A stretch of DNA of 64,000 nucleotides, taken from positions 256,001 to 320,000 of the forward strand of contig CAXXGJ010000018.1 of the NCBI GenBank assembly GCA_963677895.2. Direction: 5' to 3'. This stretch comes from Treponemataceae bacterium (lineage in GTDB: Bacteria; Spirochaetota; Spirochaetia; Treponematales; Rectinemataceae). The translations under genes and the position numbers were made by a program. The first letter of the stretch is position 1. Each line of letters starts with the position of its first letter. Below are positions 37,475 through 46,984 of the stretch, piece after piece. The notes beneath the pieces were generated by a model. It saw only the letters and a program-made list of their open reading frames with translations, made no database searches and was not told the origin of the DNA.

Positions 37475-39208
37475 ATGGACAAGATAATGCGGGTGGATAC
37501 GAGGAAGCGGCGGATAGACGTCCTTCCCGTAACGGAAGAAGAGACGCGATGGGGCGGCAGGGGGCTCATAGCCCATGTCCTCCTGAGGGAAGTGCCGCCC
37601 ACCTGCGAGCCCACGGGCAGGCGCAACAAGCTCATTTTCGCTTCCGGACTCCTCGCCGACACGAACGTCACCACGGTGGGCCAGATGTCCATAGGCGGGA
37701 AAAGTCCGCTCACGGGCGGCGCCAAGGAATGCAACATCGGCGGAGGCGCCGGCCGCCGCCTCGCCAGGCTGGGCATCAGGGCTTTGATCATCGAGGATAC
37801 GCCCGCCGAAACCGCCAGAACCGACGTTCTCGAGATCAGGGCTAAAGGCTCCTGTCTTGTCGAGGCGCCCGAACTGAAAGGCAAGCTCGTCGATGAAACC
37901 ATAGCCGCGCTGCGGGCAAAATACGGCGTCAAGGTCGGCATCTTCTGCGTCGGCCCGGCCGGCGAAATGGTCATGTACGCCGCGGGCATCGCCTGTCCCG
38001 ACGACAGCGACGTTCAGATCCGCTTCGCGGGGCGTGGAGGGCTGGGCGCGCTGATGGGATCCAAGGGGATCAAGGCCATCGTCGTCGACGACTCGGGCTC
38101 GACCTACAAGGCTCCCATCCACGACAAAGCCCTTCTTCAGGAAACATCCAAATGGATGGCCGAAGCCCTCCTCAAGGATCCTAAGACCGAAAACCGGAAC
38201 ACCTTCGGCACTCCCGCCATCCTCGCGCTGGCGAGCGCCTCGGGCCTCATGCCCACGCGCAACTTCAGCTCGGGTACCTTTGAAAAGGCCGACGACATAG
38301 CCGGCGAGAGAGTCAGGGAGGAAATCCTCGCGCGCGGCGGCCAGACGGGCAAACCCTGCGTCACGGGCTGCGTCATCCAGTGTTCGAACCTTTTCCCCGA
38401 TAAAACCGGCAAAAAAATCGTCGCCTCGCTCCAGTACGAGAGCATCTGCCTCCTCGGCTCCAACTGCGGCATCGGCAGCCTGGACGACATCGCCGAGATG
38501 AACCATCTCTGCAATCAGGTCGGCGTCGATTCCATAGAGACGGGTGCGGCCATCGGCGTCGCCATGGAAGTCGGCGTCATTCCTTTCGGCGATGCCGAGG
38601 GCGCCAAGGATCTCATTCGCCAGATAGGGCAGGGTACCTGGCTCGGGCGCATCATCGGCCACGGAGCCAAGCTGGCCGGCCGCGTGCTGGGAGCGCGGCG
38701 GATCCCCGTCATCAAGGGCCAGGCTATTCCCGGCTACGACCCGCGCGGCGTCAAGGGCAACGGCGTCACCTATATCACCTCCCCCATGGGGGCCGACCAT
38801 ACCGCGGGCAATGCCTTCGAGACGCTGAAGTACATGGACGTGCTGAAGCCCGACGGGCAGGTGGAGATCTCCAGGAAGCTGCAGATCCGCGCCGCCCTCC
38901 TCGATACCCTCGGCCTCTGTCTCTTCGTGCGGCCTCCCTTCGTGAAGCGGCCCGAGCAGTTCGGCAACCTTCTGAAGGGACGCTACGGCTGGGATCTCTC
39001 CTTCCATGACGTCCAGCTTCTGGCCTGGGACACGATCAAGACCGAACGCGAGTTCAATGAAAGGGCTGGCGTTTCGGAGCGATTCTTCCCCATACCCGAG
39101 TTCATGGAAGACGAACCCCTGCCGCCAAAGAACGCGGTCTTCGACGTGAAAATGGACGACATGGGATCGATGTGGGACGGGGGCTTCACGCCCTTGGATG
39201 ATTTTTAA
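37475..39208 (+). CDS. aor: Tungsten-dependent aldehyde:ferredoxin oxidoreductase family
   Basis: KSPLTGG, GPAGE, GRGGLGALMGSKGIKAI, CVTGCVIQC, CNQVGVDSI and GADHT. Confidence 0.9.
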   Translation: MDKIMRVDTRKRRIDVLPVTEEETRWGGRGLIAHVLLREVPPTCEPTGRRNKLIFASGLLADTNVTTVGQMSIGGKSPLTGGAKECNIGGGAGRRLARLGIRALIIEDTPAETARTDVLEIRAKGSCLVEAPELKGKLVDETIAALRAKYGVKVGIFCVGPAGEMVMYAAGIACPDDSDVQIRFAGRGGLGALMGSKGIKAIVVDDSGSTYKAPIHDKALLQETSKWMAEALLKDPKTENRNTFGTPAILALASASGLMPTRNFSSGTFEKADDIAGERVREEILARGGQTGKPCVTGCVIQCSNLFPDKTGKKIVASLQYESICLLGSNCGIGSLDDIAEMNHLCNQVGVDSIETGAAIGVAMEVGVIPFGDAEGAKDLIRQIGQGTWLGRIIGHGAKLAGRVLGARRIPVIKGQAIPGYDPRGVKGNGVTYITSPMGADHTAGNAFETLKYMDVLKPDGQVEISRKLQIRAALLDTLGLCLFVRPPFVKRPEQFGNLLKGRYGWDLSFHDVQLLAWDTIKTEREFNERAGVSERFFPIPEFMEDEPLPPKNAVFDVKMDDMGSMWDGGFTPLDDF

Positions 39209-39227
39209 ACCGCGAGGAGCGCAAGGA

Positions 39228-39974
39228 ATGGAGCTGGAAAAAAAGGTAGTCATCGTCACGGGCGCCGGGCTGGGCTTGGGAAAGGCCATCGCCCGGAAGG
39301 TAGCCGCCGAAGGCGCCTTCGTCGCCCTATGGGACATGAATCTGGAATCCGTCCGGAAGCTGGCGAAGGAGCTCGATCCGAGCGGCGTTCGAGCGGCGGC
39401 CTTCGGCGTCAATGTCACCGATGAAGCCGATGTCGTGGCGGCTGTCGCCCATACGGTGGCCAAGTTCGGACGCGTCGACGTGCTCGTGAACAACGCTGGT
39501 ATTTCCCGCCACAAGGTTCTGGAGGAGATGACCCTCGAGCTTTTCGAGCAGGTGATCAAGGTGAACCTCACGGGGCCCTTCCTCTGCTGCAAGGCGGTCG
39601 CTCCCGTCATGAAAAAGCAGAATTTCGGCAAGATCGTGAACATCGCCTCCCTGGGCGGCAGGACGGGACGCCCGGGCGTGGGCGTAAACTACGCCGCGTC
39701 CAAGGCCGGCCTGATCGGCGTCACCAAGTGCCTGGCCAAGGAACTGGGGCCGAGCAATATCTACGTGAACGCGATCTGTCCGGGACCCATTCTCACGGAC
39801 CAGACGAAACAGTATCCGGAAGAAGTCTTCGCGTCGTGGAACGCGGGGAGGGCTGTATCCAAGAACGGCCTGCCCGAAGACATCGGAGACGCCGTGATCT
39901 TCCTTTCGTCCAATAGGTCGGACTGGATCACCGGCGTCACGCTGGATGTCAACGGCGGCATTTTCATCGGCTGA
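39228..39974 (+). CDS. SDR family NAD(P)-dependent oxidoreductase
   Basis: TGAGLGLG, NNAG, YAASK and NAICPG. Confidence 0.93.
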   Translation: MELEKKVVIVTGAGLGLGKAIARKVAAEGAFVALWDMNLESVRKLAKELDPSGVRAAAFGVNVTDEADVVAAVAHTVAKFGRVDVLVNNAGISRHKVLEEMTLELFEQVIKVNLTGPFLCCKAVAPVMKKQNFGKIVNIASLGGRTGRPGVGVNYAASKAGLIGVTKCLAKELGPSNIYVNAICPGPILTDQTKQYPEEVFASWNAGRAVSKNGLPEDIGDAVIFLSSNRSDWITGVTLDVNGGIFIG

Positions 39975-40000
39975 CAGAGATCAGTTTCAAGGAGAGAGGA

Positions 40001-40360
40001 ATGGCAGGATTGAAGGTAGTCGATATCAACAAGGTGGAACCTGAGAGGAAAATCCCTCCCCGCGCCTCGTGGATACTCATCTCTGAAAAGACGGTGGGTT
40101 CGCAGAACCTGGCCCTCGGCGTCAACGAAACCGAGCCGGGATCGATGGTTCCCGAACACAGGCACGAGACTGAGGAGGAAGTGATGCTCTTCCTGGAAGG
40201 CGAAGGCAAGTTCATCACCGAGGATCAGGAGATCGACCTGAAGCCGGGCATCTGCGTCTACAACCCGCCTGGGGCTTTGCACAAGATCGTGAACACGGGG
40301 ACGACCAAGCTGAAGTTCGTGTGGGTATACGCCCCTCAGCTCAAGAGCCACAGGCTTTAA
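40001..40360 (+). CDS. Cupin domain protein
   Basis: PGSMVPEHRHETEEEV...EGEG and PPGALHKIVNTG. Confidence 0.9.
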   Translation: MAGLKVVDINKVEPERKIPPRASWILISEKTVGSQNLALGVNETEPGSMVPEHRHETEEEVMLFLEGEGKFITEDQEIDLKPGICVYNPPGALHKIVNTGTTKLKFVWVYAPQLKSHRL

Positions 40361-40385
40361 GCCGCGGCGAATAAGGAGACCGAAG

Positions 40386-41354
40386 ATGAGCGACTGGAAT
40401 TTGCCGATTCGGGATGGCGGGCACATGGAAAGGCCTTCCAAGATTTATTTCCAGACGATGACCAAATTCGATGCCGAAGAGAGACTCCAGAAAGACGACA
40501 CCATCATCATTCCGATCGGCTCGACGGAGAATCACGGCAAGGCTGGTCCTTACGGCGAGGATACCTACATAGTCACCAGGATAGCGGAAATGGTAGCCAA
40601 GAAAACCGGCTGCACCGTCGCCGAGCCCATGTGGTATGGGTCTCACCCCTTCCATCATATCGGTCAGCCTGGAACCGTTCCGCTTCCCGACAGTGTTTTC
40701 TGCGACCATATCAGGTCGATGATCTCCGGTTTCTGGAACACGGGCTTCAGGAAGCAGATATTCATCAGCATGCATGGGCAGGAGTACGCCATCCCCTCCG
40801 CGATCCAGGAATGGGGCAAGAAGTACCAGATGCCGGCCATCATTATTTTTGTCGATCTCCCCCGCGTGATGGGCCAAGCTCTCATGGATAAAGCGCACGG
40901 CGGTCCTTTCGACTATCCCTTCCAGCATGCCTGCGAGGCCGAGACCTCGGTATCCATGGCTCTTTTTCCCGAAATGTGCCAGCTCGAGCACGCCGAAGAC
41001 ACGACCCCGAAGGGATTTCTTCCTCCCGGCCATGTCGACAAAGGCGGGGATATTTACGGCAACCCCATTCCCGGTCACTGCATCGTCGGCGGTACGGGAA
41101 TCGAGTGTATTACCTTCCCCGAAGGCGTCATCGGAAAGGCGAGCCTGGCCGAGCCGAGCAAGGCCTTCAAGGCGATCGAGAATGTCTGCGATTACCTGGT
41201 GAAACTCCACGACGATATTCTCGAAAAGTTCCCGGTCGGGAAATTGCCGCCGACGGAACTCATGACCCAGCGGAACAAGGAAGAGGTTGAGGCCATTCTC
41301 AAGGGTCCGACGAAGGGCGGCAAGCATCTCTATACGATAGCATGGCCGAGCTGA
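40386..41354 (+). CDS. iolN: 3-dehydro-scyllo-inosose hydrolase-like (creatininase family)
   Basis: Closely matches Thermotoga IolN as I recall it: MERP..IYFQTMT, GSTENHG...GEDT, GFWNTGFRKQI, HGQE, PKGFLP.GH.DK.G, PEGV.GKA and FP.GKLPP. Confidence 0.8.
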   Translation: MSDWNLPIRDGGHMERPSKIYFQTMTKFDAEERLQKDDTIIIPIGSTENHGKAGPYGEDTYIVTRIAEMVAKKTGCTVAEPMWYGSHPFHHIGQPGTVPLPDSVFCDHIRSMISGFWNTGFRKQIFISMHGQEYAIPSAIQEWGKKYQMPAIIIFVDLPRVMGQALMDKAHGGPFDYPFQHACEAETSVSMALFPEMCQLEHAEDTTPKGFLPPGHVDKGGDIYGNPIPGHCIVGGTGIECITFPEGVIGKASLAEPSKAFKAIENVCDYLVKLHDDILEKFPVGKLPPTELMTQRNKEEVEAILKGPTKGGKHLYTIAWPS

Positions 41355-41413
41355 GCGGCTATGTGTCGGAGATAAAGTCCATCATTTTTTCCAGATTTCA
41401 AGGAGGCACTTGA

Positions 41414-42439
41414 ATGAAGAAACTGTTAATCGTGGCTTTAATGGCAACCATCGCGCTCACGGGCGCCTTCGGCCAAAAAGTGTTCGAGCTCAAGCTCGCG
41501 CACGCGGACTCGACAGACCCGACCGTCTCGCGCAAGCAGGCGCAGGCGCTCGCCTTCGCCAGCCTGGTCAACTCCAGGTCAGGCGGCAGGCTGGTGGTGA
41601 AAGTGTACGGCGCCGGCTCCCTGGGAGCCGAACGCGAGTATGTGGAAGGCATCAAGGCGGGTACCGTCGAAGCCGGCATCGCCTCGGGCGTCATCGCGAA
41701 CTTCTTCCCCACGGCCGCCGTCACCGACATTCCCTTCCTCTTCCCGACAAGCCAGGTGGCCTGGGACGTGATGGACGGACCCTTCGGCGACAAGCTTAGG
41801 GATCTCTTCCTGAAACAGACGGGCATGCGCGCTCTCGCCTTCGCCGAAGTAGGCTTCAGGCATTTCACGAACAATGTGCGCCCGATCAAGAGCCCGGCCG
41901 ATCTCAAGGGACTCAAGATCCGCGTGCAGGAAACCCCCGTCTACGTCAACATGCTGAAAGCGGTTGGCGCCAGTCCCACCCCCGTGGCCTGGACCGAAAC
42001 CTACACATCGCTCCAGACCGGCGTCGTCGACGGGCAGGAAAACCCCGTCGGCTCCATCCTCTCGGGCAAGATCTATGAAGTGCAGAAGTACGTGACCCTC
42101 GACGGCCACGTCTACGGCGTCGACTGGTTCATCATCAACGAGAAATTCTTCAAGAGTTTGCCCGCGGATCTCCAGTACATCGTTCTCGACTCCGCCCAGG
42201 CGAGCAGCACGGTGGGACGCGGCGTCCTCACCTACATCAACGCGGCCGGCATCCAGGTCCTCGTCGACAACAAGCTTCAGATCTATTCCCCGACCGAGGA
42301 AGAAATGGATCAGTTCAAGAAGGCCATGCAGCCCGCCGTCATCGACTGGCTCAAGACCAAAGTGGATCCCGCCCTCATCACCGAGGCGCAGAAAGCCGTG
42401 GCTGACGCCGTGGCGGACCAGAAAGCCAAACTGAAGTAA
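41414..42439 (+). CDS. dctP: TRAP transporter substrate-binding protein
   Basis: Signal peptide, GFRHFTN, DLKGLKIRV and LQTGVVDGQENP. Confidence 0.93.
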   Translation: MKKLLIVALMATIALTGAFGQKVFELKLAHADSTDPTVSRKQAQALAFASLVNSRSGGRLVVKVYGAGSLGAEREYVEGIKAGTVEAGIASGVIANFFPTAAVTDIPFLFPTSQVAWDVMDGPFGDKLRDLFLKQTGMRALAFAEVGFRHFTNNVRPIKSPADLKGLKIRVQETPVYVNMLKAVGASPTPVAWTETYTSLQTGVVDGQENPVGSILSGKIYEVQKYVTLDGHVYGVDWFIINEKFFKSLPADLQYIVLDSAQASSTVGRGVLTYINAAGIQVLVDNKLQIYSPTEEEMDQFKKAMQPAVIDWLKTKVDPALITEAQKAVADAVADQKAKLK

Positions 42440-42460
42440 GGAACAGCAAAGGTTCTTGAC

Positions 42461-42488
42461 GTGGACGGCGCCTTCGGGCGCCTTCCAC
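42461..42488 (+). other. Intercistronic stem-loop with a cUUCGg tetraloop
   Basis: GTGGA-C-GGCGCC-TTCG-GGCGCC-T-TCCAC after dctP, with no U tail. Confidence 0.6.
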
Positions 42489-42556
42489 GCCTTTCGCCGC
42501 GCCTTCAGACGCGGGAATTCTCGCAATCATGTATAAAGCAAGGAATGGTAGGCAGG

Positions 42557-43069
42557 ATGCGGAACCTCGGTATCGTGGACAAAGCCATAACAGGCTTGGA
42601 AAAGGCTATTGCTTGGATCGTCACCATCATCATCGCCATGATGGTGATCAATATTACCGCGGGCGTTTTCTTCAGGTACGTGCTGGGCAATTCCCTCGTA
42701 TGGACCGAAGAAATGAGCCGCTACCTCATGGTCTGGGCTGGAATGCTCGGCGCCGGACTCGCCATGGCCGACGGAAGCCATGTCGGAATCGACCTGGTTG
42801 TCAATAAATGCCCTCCGGCTCTCGCCCATGCCCTGCGAATTACCGCGAAAATAATCATCCAGATCTTTCTGACGATCGTCATGATCAAATCCTTCGGCTA
42901 TCTCGAAACGCTGAAAATACAGAAATCCTCCGCTATGGAACTGCCGATGGTGATACCTTACCTGTCGGTCAGCGCCGGCGTCATTTTCATGTCCCTGGAA
43001 AATCTGCTGATCATTGTCCGCCTCTTTTTAAGGATAGAAAAGCCCGTAAACGGGGAAGTAGGAATATAA
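42557..43069 (+). CDS. dctQ: TRAP transporter small permease
   Basis: VFFRYV, WTEEMSRYLMVW and HVGID; start at 42545 or 42557. Confidence 0.9.
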   Translation: MRNLGIVDKAITGLEKAIAWIVTIIIAMMVINITAGVFFRYVLGNSLVWTEEMSRYLMVWAGMLGAGLAMADGSHVGIDLVVNKCPPALAHALRITAKIIIQIFLTIVMIKSFGYLETLKIQKSSAMELPMVIPYLSVSAGVIFMSLENLLIIVRLFLRIEKPVNGEVGI

Positions 43070-43070
43070 A

Positions 43071-44351
43071 ATGCTATTGACCGTAATAGGCTTTGTCGTA
43101 TTCATCGTGATAGGCGTCCCCGTCTCCTTCAGCCTGGGCTGTTCCAGCCTGATCTACCTTCTTCAGAAAGGCATATCAGTCGGCCTCATAGCCCAGCGCA
43201 TGTTCACGGGGCTGGACTCCTTTCCCTTCATGGCCATCCCCTTCTTCATTCTCTCCGGCGAGCTCATGAACCATCTTGGAATATCCAAGCGCCTTGTCAC
43301 CCTCGCCGATGTCTTTGTGGGCAGGCTGCGAGGCGGGCTTGGTCACGTCAATGTTCTCACCTCTATGTTCTTCGCTGGCATATCCGGATCGGCGGTCGCG
43401 GACACCTCTTCGGAAGGCCCCCTGATCATCCCCGCCATGATAGCCGACGGCTACGACGCCGATTACGCGGCCGCCATAACCTGCGCCTCCTCGGTGATCG
43501 GCCCCATCATCCCGCCGAGCATCCCTTTCGTCGTGTACTCGCTGATAAGCTCCCAGTCGGTGGCCGCGCTTTTCCTGTCGGGAGTAATCCCGGGCGTCCT
43601 TCTTGGCATCAGCCAAATGATCGTCAACGCCATCATCGCGCACAAGCGCAATTATCCGCGATCGGATCGATGGCCGACCTTCAGGGAAATGGCGAAGGCC
43701 ATAGGGCAGGGCATCGTACCCCTCCTCATGCCCCTCATCATCTTGGGTGGTATTCTGGGTGGCATCTTCACAGCTACAGAGGCAGCGGCTGTCGCTGTCA
43801 TTTACGCCATGTTTATTGGCTTTTTTGTCTATAGGAATCTCAGCTGGAAAGGTCTCAAGGAATCCTTTATCGGAACGGCTAAGACGACAGGTGTCGTCTT
43901 CCTCCTCATCGCCCTCTCCAACGTCTTCAACTGGGCTCTCGTCGTCGAGCAGATACCGCAGACAATGGCCTTGTTCATCGGCAGGACCTTCACAAACAAG
44001 TACATGCTGCTTTTCGCGATCAACATCATGCTCCTTGTCGTTGGCTGCTTCATGGAAGGCACCGCCGCTCTCATAATCCTCGTGCCCATACTTCTCCAGA
44101 TCACTAAGCCATTCGGAATCAGTCCCATCATGTTGGGCACGGTCGTTGTATTGAACCTTATGATCGGCCTCATCACCCCGCCGGTCGGCCTCTGTCTCCA
44201 TATCGCCTGCAATATCGCCAAGCGGCCGATGGAGAAGGTGGCCAAGGCCTTGTGGCCTTTCCTCGTGGCATCGATCGCCACCCTTATGCTGGTGACGTAT
44301 TTTGAACCCCTTTCGATGTTCCTGCCCCGGCTGCTCGGCTACGTTAAATAG
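43071..44351 (+). CDS. dctM: TRAP transporter large permease
   Basis: AIPFFIL.GELM, GISGSAVAD, IIPPSIP and GLITPPVG. Confidence 0.94.
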   Translation: MLLTVIGFVVFIVIGVPVSFSLGCSSLIYLLQKGISVGLIAQRMFTGLDSFPFMAIPFFILSGELMNHLGISKRLVTLADVFVGRLRGGLGHVNVLTSMFFAGISGSAVADTSSEGPLIIPAMIADGYDADYAAAITCASSVIGPIIPPSIPFVVYSLISSQSVAALFLSGVIPGVLLGISQMIVNAIIAHKRNYPRSDRWPTFREMAKAIGQGIVPLLMPLIILGGILGGIFTATEAAAVAVIYAMFIGFFVYRNLSWKGLKESFIGTAKTTGVVFLLIALSNVFNWALVVEQIPQTMALFIGRTFTNKYMLLFAINIMLLVVGCFMEGTAALIILVPILLQITKPFGISPIMLGTVVVLNLMIGLITPPVGLCLHIACNIAKRPMEKVAKALWPFLVASIATLMLVTYFEPLSMFLPRLLGYVK

Positions 44352-44360
44352 GGGGAAGCG

Positions 44361-44774
44361 ATGAAACTGAATCATCTTGGATATGCGGCCAGGGATATAG
44401 GCAAGGCTGTGGACGCTTTTCTGGCGCTTGGCTACGTGAAGGTCCACGAGGAAGTGAAGCACCACCTGCCGAAGAACATGTTCGTCCAGCGCGTGAGGTT
44501 GAACGACACTATCGTGGAAATCATGGCGCCCGCCGATACCGCGAAACCTTCCTTTATATCGGGCGAACTCGCGACGACGAGCGCTCCCTTCATGCTGCAT
44601 CATCTCTGCTACGACGTGGAGGATATCCACTCGACGGTGGAAAGGCTCATGGCTTCGGGTGAGTACAGCGTCTATGAGCCCATAACGAGCGGCGTGTTCC
44701 AGAAAAACCTCATATGTTTCCTGCGGCACAAGGATATCGGGCTCATCGAATTCTTCGAGTGGCCGAAGGCGTAA
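44361..44774 (+). CDS. VOC family protein (methylmalonyl-CoA epimerase-like)
   Basis: Metal ligands NHLG, VEIM.P, HHLCY.VEDI and LIE. Confidence 0.85.
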   Translation: MKLNHLGYAARDIGKAVDAFLALGYVKVHEEVKHHLPKNMFVQRVRLNDTIVEIMAPADTAKPSFISGELATTSAPFMLHHLCYDVEDIHSTVERLMASGEYSVYEPITSGVFQKNLICFLRHKDIGLIEFFEWPKA

Positions 44775-44789
44775 GGACGAAGCTTAACG

Positions 44790-45494
44790 ATGAGCGACGC
44801 CAAGATCGGATTTCTGCACACTACTCCCTCGACTATCGGGATGGTCGAGGGCTTCATGAAAGCCCGCCTTCCCGGCGCCGCGATTCTGCACATGTATGAC
44901 GGCAATGTTAAAGCAGCCAACTTCATTTCGCCCGTCGGCGTCACGCCGAAGATAAATCTTTTGCGTTGGGCGAACTTCGCCGAGCAGCTCCAGCGCTCGG
45001 GCTGCGACATCGTCGTGTCCTGCTGCAGCCTCATGCCAAGGGCGACTGCTTTCGCGCGGCAGGTCGTGGACATCCCCTGCGTCCAGCTCGACGCCTATCT
45101 TCTGGACCGGGCCGTGGAGAAATATTCGAGGATAGGCGTCATCACGACAACGGACTATACGGCGCCCTTGGTGAAGGAAGGCCTCGAAGCCAGGGCTCTC
45201 GCTGCGGGCAAACAAATTTCCCTGCGCTTCGGGGGGGACAAAAGCGCTCTCGATCTCTTCAACGCGGGCGAATTCGATAAACATGACGAGATCGTATTGC
45301 GTGACGTGGCAAGGCTGGCCGCGAGCGGCGTGGACTGCGTTCTCATGGGACAGATCCCTTTCGGTCTCCTCGAGGAAAAACTGAAAGCGCTGGATCTCGA
45401 AATTCCCGTTCTCTGCGCGGGGGCCGAAGCCTTCGACCGCCTCGGCATGCTGTTGGCCGGCCGCGACGAGCGCCGTACCGCCACGATGCGATGA
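44790..45494 (+). CDS. Asp/Glu/hydantoin racemase-fold protein
   Basis: IGFLHT, VVSCCSL, RIGVITT and D.VLMGQ. Confidence 0.7.
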   Translation: MSDAKIGFLHTTPSTIGMVEGFMKARLPGAAILHMYDGNVKAANFISPVGVTPKINLLRWANFAEQLQRSGCDIVVSCCSLMPRATAFARQVVDIPCVQLDAYLLDRAVEKYSRIGVITTTDYTAPLVKEGLEARALAAGKQISLRFGGDKSALDLFNAGEFDKHDEIVLRDVARLAASGVDCVLMGQIPFGLLEEKLKALDLEIPVLCAGAEAFDRLGMLLAGRDERRTATMR

Positions 45495-45510
45495 AGGAAG
45501 TCGAAAACTT

Positions 45511-46143
45511 ATGAGCGTGCTGAATCTGGATTTTGCGGAACCGTTTTTCTCCGTGAAATATATCCAAAATGAAGGCGCCTTCGCCATTGCCGATAAGAGC
45601 ATCGTCTTCAACCTGGCAGAAAAGCCTATCGTTATCAGGGGACAGGGTTTGGGATTCTTCAAATCCACGATCGTCACGAACCTGGCGATCGAGGAGATCG
45701 AGCGCTGCCTTGTCATCGAGGATTTCGAGCGCAATAAAGACCACGATATTCTTTTCGAGCTGATCAAGAAGAAATGGACCATCGTCTACGAGGCTACAAA
45801 GGTTGAGCGACATAAGGGAGTGCGGCTCTACCGATCCCCGAAAACCAAGCTCGGAAACCTGGAAGTGAACATGTGCTTCGCGGAGGGTATACCGCTCAAC
45901 GTTGGACTCCATAGAACGCACTGGGGCGGCAAGCCTTTCAGGGAAGTCCATACGCAGATCCTGGGCTATGGGCGCATGCAGCAATACAGGGAGGAGGATC
46001 TCTCGACTCTCTACCGCGAAGACCCCATGTCTCCAGGCTGCACCCATGAACCGATGTACGACAAAGATTGCGTTTATCCCTGGCACCAGTACGAGACGAC
46101 GACAAAGGCCATTTTCATGGCGACGGAGATGCAGCTCGACTGA
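45511..46143 (+). CDS. Hypothetical protein with a C-terminal cupin resembling the aldos-2-ulose dehydratase (AUDH) cupin
   Basis: HRTH..FREVHTQILG.GRM, PG.THEP and YPWHQY; in operon with an upstream AAGGAAG. Confidence 0.6.
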   Translation: MSVLNLDFAEPFFSVKYIQNEGAFAIADKSIVFNLAEKPIVIRGQGLGFFKSTIVTNLAIEEIERCLVIEDFERNKDHDILFELIKKKWTIVYEATKVERHKGVRLYRSPKTKLGNLEVNMCFAEGIPLNVGLHRTHWGGKPFREVHTQILGYGRMQQYREEDLSTLYREDPMSPGCTHEPMYDKDCVYPWHQYETTTKAIFMATEMQLD

Positions 46144-46168
46144 AGCCCCGGCGCGTGAGGAGATCGTG

Positions 46169-46981
46169 ATGAAGATGCGACTGAGCTGTTTCGGTTTCAT
46201 AAAAGACCTCGACGATATCGCCGCGGCCGGCTACGACTGCGCCGAGCTCCACATCAGGGAGATCATGGCTTTCGACGACGCCGGATTCAGGGCAGCTCTT
46301 TCCCGCTTGCGCGCATGCGGCATCCCCGCCGAGGTTTTCGACAATCCCATACCCCTCGACTGCCGCGTGTCCGACCCCTCCTTCGACCTCGGTTTTTACC
46401 GCGGCTTCCTCGAGAAGGCCGCTGACAGGACGGCCGAAATGGGCGCCCGCTATTTTGTCTTCGGCAACGGCAAGGCGCGCAGTCTCCCTGTCGATGGCGA
46501 CATCGCCGGGGCGGCGGAAAAGTTCGACGAGTTCTTCTCGAGGCTGCTCGAGATAACCGCGGCGCGTAACATAACTGTGCTCATCGAGCCCCTCGGCAAA
46601 AAACTTTCCAACATCGTGAACAGCCTGCCCGAGGCGGTCGCCTTCATAAAAAAATTCGGCAAGCCCAACCTGAAAACCTTCGTCGATTATCGTTACATGG
46701 TGGAACTGAACAGACCCTTGAGCGAAATCGCGGAGTACGAACCCTGGATCAAGCATGTCCACCTCGACAATCCTCTCTCGGAATTCCCGAGGAGGGTAGT
46801 GCCCAGGCTCGACGACGGCTTCGATTACAGCCCCTTCCTGGAAGCGCTGAAGGGGATTGCCTACAAGGGGATACTCTCCGTCGAGGCCTCCGTCTTCGAG
46901 GATTTTCCCAAGGAGATCGGTGAATGCGTCGGCTTTTTCAAGGCACATGGCATCGAGCCTTACAGGGCTCCAAAGGAGTAG
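46169..46981 (+). CDS. Sugar phosphate isomerase/epimerase (TIM barrel)
   Basis: GYDCAEL, FGNGKAR, IEPL, HVHLD and Y.G.LSVE; GAGGAG SD. Confidence 0.82.
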   Translation: MKMRLSCFGFIKDLDDIAAAGYDCAELHIREIMAFDDAGFRAALSRLRACGIPAEVFDNPIPLDCRVSDPSFDLGFYRGFLEKAADRTAEMGARYFVFGNGKARSLPVDGDIAGAAEKFDEFFSRLLEITAARNITVLIEPLGKKLSNIVNSLPEAVAFIKKFGKPNLKTFVDYRYMVELNRPLSEIAEYEPWIKHVHLDNPLSEFPRRVVPRLDDGFDYSPFLEALKGIAYKGILSVEASVFEDFPKEIGECVGFFKAHGIEPYRAPKE

Positions 46982-46984
46982 GCG

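Noticed and set aside
37151..39643. 830-aa minus-strand ORF
   Set aside because: Antisense shadow of the Ldh_2, AOR and SDR genes. It has no recognisable motifs, and such ORFs are expected from high-GC codon bias.
43176..44729. 517-aa minus-strand ORF
   Set aside because: Antisense shadow of dctM and the VOC gene.
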